DNA from: an uncultured Opitutia bacterium
Lineage (GTDB): Bacteria > Verrucomicrobiota > Verrucomicrobiia > Opitutales > UBA953
Length of the DNA stretch: 31,498 bases
Reading direction: 5' to 3'
NCBI GenBank assembly: GCA_903910245.1
Contig: CAIVYX010000008.1
Span: forward strand, 1-31,498
Position numbers and translations under genes: made by a program. Under the pieces are notes generated by a model. The model searched no databases and was not told where the DNA came from. It saw only the letters and a list, made by a program, of their open reading frames with translations. This document shows positions 26,881-31,498 of this stretch, one piece after another (the first letter of the stretch is position 1; each line of letters opens with the position of its first letter).

Positions 26881-28036
26881 TTCGTCCATAGCCTACCCGG
26901 CCGAAGCGGAGGCCTTCTGGGTTGGCCAAGCAGAACTAGTATCGGAAAAGGTCGGTGATGAAGCCCTCGAGCGCATGACACCCGCCGTGGCGCACCTTTC
27001 GGATCTCTTTACAACCGAGCGTCCCGATAAGAAATTCCCCGACTACTTCGCCGACCCCCGCCTGCTCGCGGCCTATGGCGTGTTCTTCCTGCCCCAGAGC
27101 TTCACTCGCACTTCCATCGCGCTGGCCCAGACCTGTGGACTGCGTGGCTGGAAACCTTCCAGCCAAGTCCCGGAGATCCTCGATCTTGGTTCCGGCCCTG
27201 GGTCTTGCGGTGTTGCGGCGGCCTATCGGCTCCGCCAAGCCGGCCTCAAAAAGATCACCCTACACGGCGTGGACAAGTCGCCGAGCGCCTTGGCTTCGAT
27301 GGAATCCTTCGCCCGGGCGACCCTCGGTGAGGACGTCGAGACGAAGACCCGCATCGGTGACGCGTCCCGACCGGAGACCTGGCCAGAAGGCCCCTTTGAC
27401 CTCATCGTCGCTGGGTTCGTGATGAACGAGATGCCTCAACTCGACCACGCCGCCCTGCTTCGCTGGTTCGGCGAACTCAAGGCTCGGCTCGCCCCGGGCG
27501 GACTCATCCTGATCCTCGAACCCGCCTTACGGATCACCGCCGAGCGATTGCAGAAACTCAGCGACGACGTGGCAGCCGGAGAAATGACCCGCATCGCGCC
27601 CGAACTCGATGCCCTGCCCGACCCGCAGCTCGGTCCAGGGGAACACTGGAGCCATGAAACGCGTGCTTGGGAAGCTCCGGCCTCGACCGCATTCGTCAAC
27701 CGCCACCTTCATCGGGATCTGCGCGAAGTGCGCTTTTCTTTCGCCGCTTTCTCAGCCGCACCCCTGACGCCGCTTCCGCCCGGATTGAGCCGACTAATAT
27801 CCGACGTCCAAATCATCAAGGGCCTCCTTCGTTTCATTACCATCCGCGACGGCGCAATCGAATCAGTCGAAGTCCCGACACGCGGCCTCTCTAAACATGA
27901 GGTCAAGAAGCTGGCCGCAACCTTCGGACGAGGGGATATTGTCCGGCATCCTCACCCGGCCTCGCCAAAATTACGCTTGGCCAATCATGAAGAATTAAGG
28001 GTGTTTTGGACGCCCGAAGCACCTCAGGTACCATAA
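26867..28036 (+). CDS. Rsm22/METTL17-like SAM-dependent methyltransferase-family protein
   Basis: AYGVFFLPQSF, ILDLGSGPG SAM motif, FDLIVAGFVMNEM, GGLILILEP, HWSH, RFSF. Overlaps the recR stop by 14 nt. Confidence 0.78.
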   Translation: MSPTDSSIAYPAEAEAFWVGQAELVSEKVGDEALERMTPAVAHLSDLFTTERPDKKFPDYFADPRLLAAYGVFFLPQSFTRTSIALAQTCGLRGWKPSSQVPEILDLGSGPGSCGVAAAYRLRQAGLKKITLHGVDKSPSALASMESFARATLGEDVETKTRIGDASRPETWPEGPFDLIVAGFVMNEMPQLDHAALLRWFGELKARLAPGGLILILEPALRITAERLQKLSDDVAAGEMTRIAPELDALPDPQLGPGEHWSHETRAWEAPASTAFVNRHLHRDLREVRFSFAAFSAAPLTPLPPGLSRLISDVQIIKGLLRFITIRDGAIESVEVPTRGLSKHEVKKLAATFGRGDIVRHPHPASPKLRLANHEELRVFWTPEAPQVP

Positions 28037-28134
28037 TGTCACAATGTCGGCAGGGCATTTGTTTGCCTGTCTACTCCGACCAGGATTTGCTCCAAGCAGT
28101 CTTTCACACCTGACTCCCTTCCCTCCTTATCTCC

Positions 28135-30171
28135 ATGTTTAATCGCGAACTCAGTTGGCTAAGCTTCGATCGTCGAGTCCTCGAACTCGCCGAAGACAAC
28201 TCCGTCCCCCTGCTCGAACGTGTCCGCTTTCTCTCGATCGTCAGTTCGAATCTCGACGAATTCTTCGAGATCCGTGTCGCAGGTATTATGCAGCAGGAGG
28301 AGTCCGCCAGCCATCCAGCGACCAAGGAGTTCCTCGCCTCTGTCTTGCAACGCACCCGCGACTTGGTCCAAGCCCAGCAACTTTGCTGGAAGCAGAAATT
28401 ACTGCCTGCGCTCTCGGCTCACGGCATCGAAGTCCTCGCCCGCGAGCAAATTGGCGATAGCGCCCGGAACGACCTTTCCCCCCGTTTCGATCGCGACATC
28501 CTGCCCGCGCTGACCCCGTTGGCCATCGATCCTTCGCACCCGTTCCCGGTCCTGACCAACAAAGGGCTATACCTCCTGGCCCTGCTTCGTGATCCGGCTT
28601 CGGGCGAGCTGCGCCGGGCAGTCGTTCCCGTGCCGCGGATCTTACCGCGTATCCTCGGCCTCTCGGACCGCAAGAGCTTCACCTTCCTCAGCCAAGTCAT
28701 TCAGCTGTTCATCCACCGGCTCTTCCCCGGACTCGAACTCCAGGGCTCCTGGGCCTTCCGCATCACGCGCAACAGCGATCTCTACGTCGACGAAGAAGAA
28801 GCCGTCAACTTGCTCGAAGCCATCGAAGACGAGATTCGCAATCTGCGTAAAGGGGCGCCTGTTCGGCTGGAAATCGAAGCCGACGTCCCCGAAGGCGAGA
28901 TGCAGTGGCTCCTGAATTCCATCAATCTTACCTCCGACAACGCGTTCCGCATCCCTGGTCCGGTCAACATGCTCCGCCTCGGAAGCCTGATCGACATGCT
29001 CGGTCGACCCGAACTTCTTTACCCCAGTTTCGTATCGGTGATTCCTCCCGAGTGCGCGGAACCGACCAAACTCTACGAACGCATCGCCGAGCATGACATC
29101 ATTCTACACCATCCATACGAATCCTTCTCGCCAGTCGTCGATTTCATCCGCCAAGCCGCCAAGGATGAGACAGTGGTGGCGATTAAACTGACCCTTTACC
29201 GTACCAGCGGGGACTCGCCCGTGGTCGAAGCACTCAAGGAAGCGGCTCGCAACGGCAAGCAGGTCACCGCGCTGGTCGAACTCCGCGCCCGCTTCGACGA
29301 ATTGAACAACATCGAGTGGGCCCGCCAGCTCGAGGAGGCCGGCGCCCATGTCGTTTACGGCCTCGCTGGCCTCAAGACCCATTGCAAAGCGTGTCTCGTC
29401 GTGCGCCAGGAAAAGGATGGCCTCCGGCGCTACGCCCACCTCGGCACCGGAAATTATAACCCAAAGACCGCCCGCATCTACACCGACTTCTCCTTGCTCA
29501 CCTGCGACGAAGAAATCACGGCTGATGTCGGCCTACTCTTCAACGTCCTGACTGGCAACCTCGCCGGCCCCAAGTTCAAACACCTCCTCATCGCCCCCTT
29601 CGACTTAGCGCGACGCATCGTGGAACTCATCAAGGCCGAGACTGCTAACGCCAAGGCCGGCAAGCCCGCGACAATCTTTGCCAAGGTCAATAGCCTTGTA
29701 GACCCTGAGGTCATCAACGCCCTATACGAAGCATCCCAAGCGGGCGTCCGCATCGAACTCGTGGTCCGTGGCATCTGCTGCCTCAAGCCTGGCATCGCCG
29801 GTAAGAGTGATCATATCCGCGTCCGCAGCTTCCTTGGTCGCTTCCTCGAACACAGCCGACTGTTCCGCTTCGAGAACGCCGAGGCGCAGCCCATCCTACT
29901 CATGGGCAGCGCTGACTGGATGCCTCGAAATTTCCAACGTCGTATCGAATGCGTCTTCCCTTTACGCTCCGCCCACGTGCGTCGTCGCATCGAAGAAGAA
30001 ATCCTCGCCGTCTATCGCGACCGTCAAGGGGATGCCAAGGCTCTTACCGGCGACGGTGAGTACGTCAGCTGCGAGCCCATGGGACGACTCGCACCGGGAG
30101 TGCAGGATACTTTCCTGCAGCTGGCAGCCAAGGCCGCTCAAGCTCGCCTCAGCGAACAGACGGAGAAATAG
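28135..30171 (+). CDS. ppk1: Polyphosphate kinase 1
   Basis: FNRELSWLSF, SNLDEFFEIRV, AIDPSHPFP, phospho-His motif LHHPYESF, IKLTLYRT, ELRARFDE, KTHCK, GTGNYN, GRFLEHSR, SADWMPRN. Confidence 0.98.
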   Translation: MFNRELSWLSFDRRVLELAEDNSVPLLERVRFLSIVSSNLDEFFEIRVAGIMQQEESASHPATKEFLASVLQRTRDLVQAQQLCWKQKLLPALSAHGIEVLAREQIGDSARNDLSPRFDRDILPALTPLAIDPSHPFPVLTNKGLYLLALLRDPASGELRRAVVPVPRILPRILGLSDRKSFTFLSQVIQLFIHRLFPGLELQGSWAFRITRNSDLYVDEEEAVNLLEAIEDEIRNLRKGAPVRLEIEADVPEGEMQWLLNSINLTSDNAFRIPGPVNMLRLGSLIDMLGRPELLYPSFVSVIPPECAEPTKLYERIAEHDIILHHPYESFSPVVDFIRQAAKDETVVAIKLTLYRTSGDSPVVEALKEAARNGKQVTALVELRARFDELNNIEWARQLEEAGAHVVYGLAGLKTHCKACLVVRQEKDGLRRYAHLGTGNYNPKTARIYTDFSLLTCDEEITADVGLLFNVLTGNLAGPKFKHLLIAPFDLARRIVELIKAETANAKAGKPATIFAKVNSLVDPEVINALYEASQAGVRIELVVRGICCLKPGIAGKSDHIRVRSFLGRFLEHSRLFRFENAEAQPILLMGSADWMPRNFQRRIECVFPLRSAHVRRRIEEEILAVYRDRQGDAKALTGDGEYVSCEPMGRLAPGVQDTFLQLAAKAAQARLSEQTEK

Positions 30172-31360
30172 AAGGCCCTAGGCAGATTCGCTCGACGGCC
30201 GCATTGAAGCAGTCCGCATCGCCAAGAATCTCCACCTCGAGGCGGACGAACATCAGCGGAATGGGCGGGCGGAAGCGCGCCTGCAGGCGGACCGCATCCT
30301 TTTCCGTCGTGACGATCATCTCGGCCTTGGCCTGCATGGCTTGATCGAGGACCTCGTCGAGATCTTCGTCCACGAAAGCGTGGTGATCGAGGAAGCGACG
30401 GTTGGCGACGATCTTCGCTCCATGGTTGATCAAGATTTCCTCGAAGCGCTCCGGGGTCGCGATGCCAGAGAAGGCCGCGACCCGGCGACCTTTGAGATCC
30501 GTCATCGGGAGGCGCTTAGGTCCGTCGACTTCGACGAGTTCGCAAGCACGGTGCGAGCAGGCGATGATCTCGGCCTTGGCATTGTGCCGACGAATGAGGC
30601 TGACGAGAGCCGGATCAGGCGGGCCAACGGACTTTGTCACGAAGACGTAGGAAGCTCGGCTCAGGTTGGAAATCGGCTCACGCAGGACACCGCGCGGAAG
30701 CAAGGAGCCGTTACCAAATGGGTCGCGGCTGTCGACGAGGAGCAGATTAATCTGGCCGCGCAGCGGAAGGTACTGGAGACCGTCGTCGAGCAGGATCGTG
30801 TCCACGCCGAAGCGCCGGAGTGCGAACCGGCCTCCCTCGACTCGGTCGCGGTCGACGATGACGATGACGCCTTCGCCACAGAGATTCTGCGCGAGCATGT
30901 AAGGCTCGTCACCGGCCTCATCCGGGCCGACCAGGACCGACTTGCCGTCGGACACCACGAGCGGATCGGGGCGACTGCCCTGGGTCAGCCAGCGCCAGAA
31001 TCGCTTCAGCATCGAATCGGAAGTTCCTTTATAGCCGCGGGAAAGGATGGCGACTTTGCGTCCGCGCGCCGTGAGCACGCGCGCCATCTTGAGCACGATG
31101 GGGGTCTTCCCAGTGCCACCGACAGTGAGATTACCCACGACCACGACCTTGCAACCGAGGGGTGTATCGCGAAAAAGCCGGTTACGATAGAGCCAGAGGC
31201 GCAGGCGGACTAAGACCTCAAAAATCCATGAAAGGACCTTCAGGAAGGCTCCCAGCAAGGCCGCCCCGGGGCCCTTGCGACGCTCGTAGACTACGTCTAC
31301 GGCATAGCTGGCCACGACCTCTCCCAGGGAGGAAAAGAACCCTCGGTGCTTCGCGGACAT
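30149..31360 (-). CDS. lpxK: Tetraacyldisaccharide (lipid A) 4'-kinase
   Basis: [62 protein letters not shown] 31360 preferred. Confidence 0.95.
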   Translation of the reverse strand: MSAKHRGFFSSLGEVVASYAVDVVYERRKGPGAALLGAFLKVLSWIFEVLVRLRLWLYRNRLFRDTPLGCKVVVVGNLTVGGTGKTPIVLKMARVLTARGRKVAILSRGYKGTSDSMLKRFWRWLTQGSRPDPLVVSDGKSVLVGPDEAGDEPYMLAQNLCGEGVIVIVDRDRVEGGRFALRRFGVDTILLDDGLQYLPLRGQINLLLVDSRDPFGNGSLLPRGVLREPISNLSRASYVFVTKSVGPPDPALVSLIRRHNAKAEIIACSHRACELVEVDGPKRLPMTDLKGRRVAAFSGIATPERFEEILINHGAKIVANRRFLDHHAFVDEDLDEVLDQAMQAKAEMIVTTEKDAVRLQARFRPPIPLMFVRLEVEILGDADCFNAAVERICLGPSISPSVR

Positions 31361-31395
31361 GGACGAATTGATGCAAAGTTGTTTGACGAAGGCAA
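31361..31395 (-). promoter_or_regulatory. Putative leaderless promoter for lpxK
   Basis: Minus strand: TTGCCT-17 nt-ATCAAT-6 nt-ATG. Confidence 0.45.
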
Positions 31396-31426
31396 CCATC
31401 CCGATTGAGAAGGACGACCCAGCGCC

Positions 31427-31498
31427 ATGCTCGTACACCTGTTGCGCACCAAACTTCTCCGAGCCGAGGTCACCGCGGCCCGGCTCGATTACGAGGGC
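31427..31498 (+). CDS. panD: Aspartate 1-decarboxylase, N-terminal 24 codons (3' truncated; absent from the ORF track)
   Basis: Translates to MLVHLLRTKLLRAEVTAARLDYEG, matching the PanD beta chain up to Gly24 of the Gly-Ser self-cleavage site. AAGGA Shine-Dalgarno-like sequence upstream. Confidence 0.85.
   Translation, partial: MLVHLLRTKLLRAEVTAARLDYEG

Noticed and set aside
28034-28050. TGTCAC(A)ATGTC as a possible Pho box upstream of ppk1
   Set aside because: The repeat spacing is 8 nt, not the 11-nt period of PhoB boxes, and there is no second good half-site.
28036-28113. 25-codon ORF (MSQCRQG...FHT*) starting in the Rsm22-like stop (TAATG), in frame with ppk1
   Set aside because: It stops at TGA 28111, has no coding-like codon use, and ppk1 already begins at its conserved FNRELSW motif. 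Likely chance; ribosome profiling would settle it.
23986-30171. phoH-like, ppk1 and the HAD phosphatase as a phosphate-response cluster
   Set aside because: They lie in different transcription units separated by unrelated genes, and no shared Pho box was found.
14011-31498. nadB, panE and panD as a dedicated aspartate-derived cofactor cluster
   Set aside because: panD is about 15 kb away with many unrelated genes between. Only the nadB-panE coupling is directly supported.
1-31498. CRISPR arrays, tRNA/rRNA, IS elements, prophage or defence genes
   Set aside because: No regularly spaced repeats, T-loop/cloverleaf signatures, transposase or integrase motifs, or obvious compositional islands were seen by eye.

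Overview
A very compact, GC-rich (roughly 60-65% by eye) bacterial chromosomal segment. It is most likely from Verrucomicrobiota (Opitutae-like), inferred from a PVC-type CxxCH heme protein, a Minf_1886/TIGR04138-like protein and a Cys-free MetRS knuckle. I can support 27 CDS (2 truncated by the window edges), mostly housekeeping: metG, isochorismate synthase, dtd, hisF, corC-like, nadB, panE, hisC, rmlD-like, lipoate ligase-like, mutS, PIN-PhoH, ybaB, recR, Rsm22-like, ppk1, lpxK, panD. I saw no tRNA, rRNA, CRISPR array, transposase, integrase or defence genes. Most notable: (1) a single ORF fusing a HAD hydrolase to a DciA/DUF721 helicase-loader-like domain; (2) a TTGxxx hexamer 34-38 nt upstream of the start codon of most operon-first genes, suggesting pervasive leaderless mRNAs from back-to-back promoters with weak -10 boxes; (3) an Rsm22/METTL17-like protein that has lost the Cys residues of the family Fe-S motif; (4) convergent gene pairs with no room for terminators; (5) an unassigned 594-aa protein. 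All family calls come from motif recognition by eye. No database searches were run.
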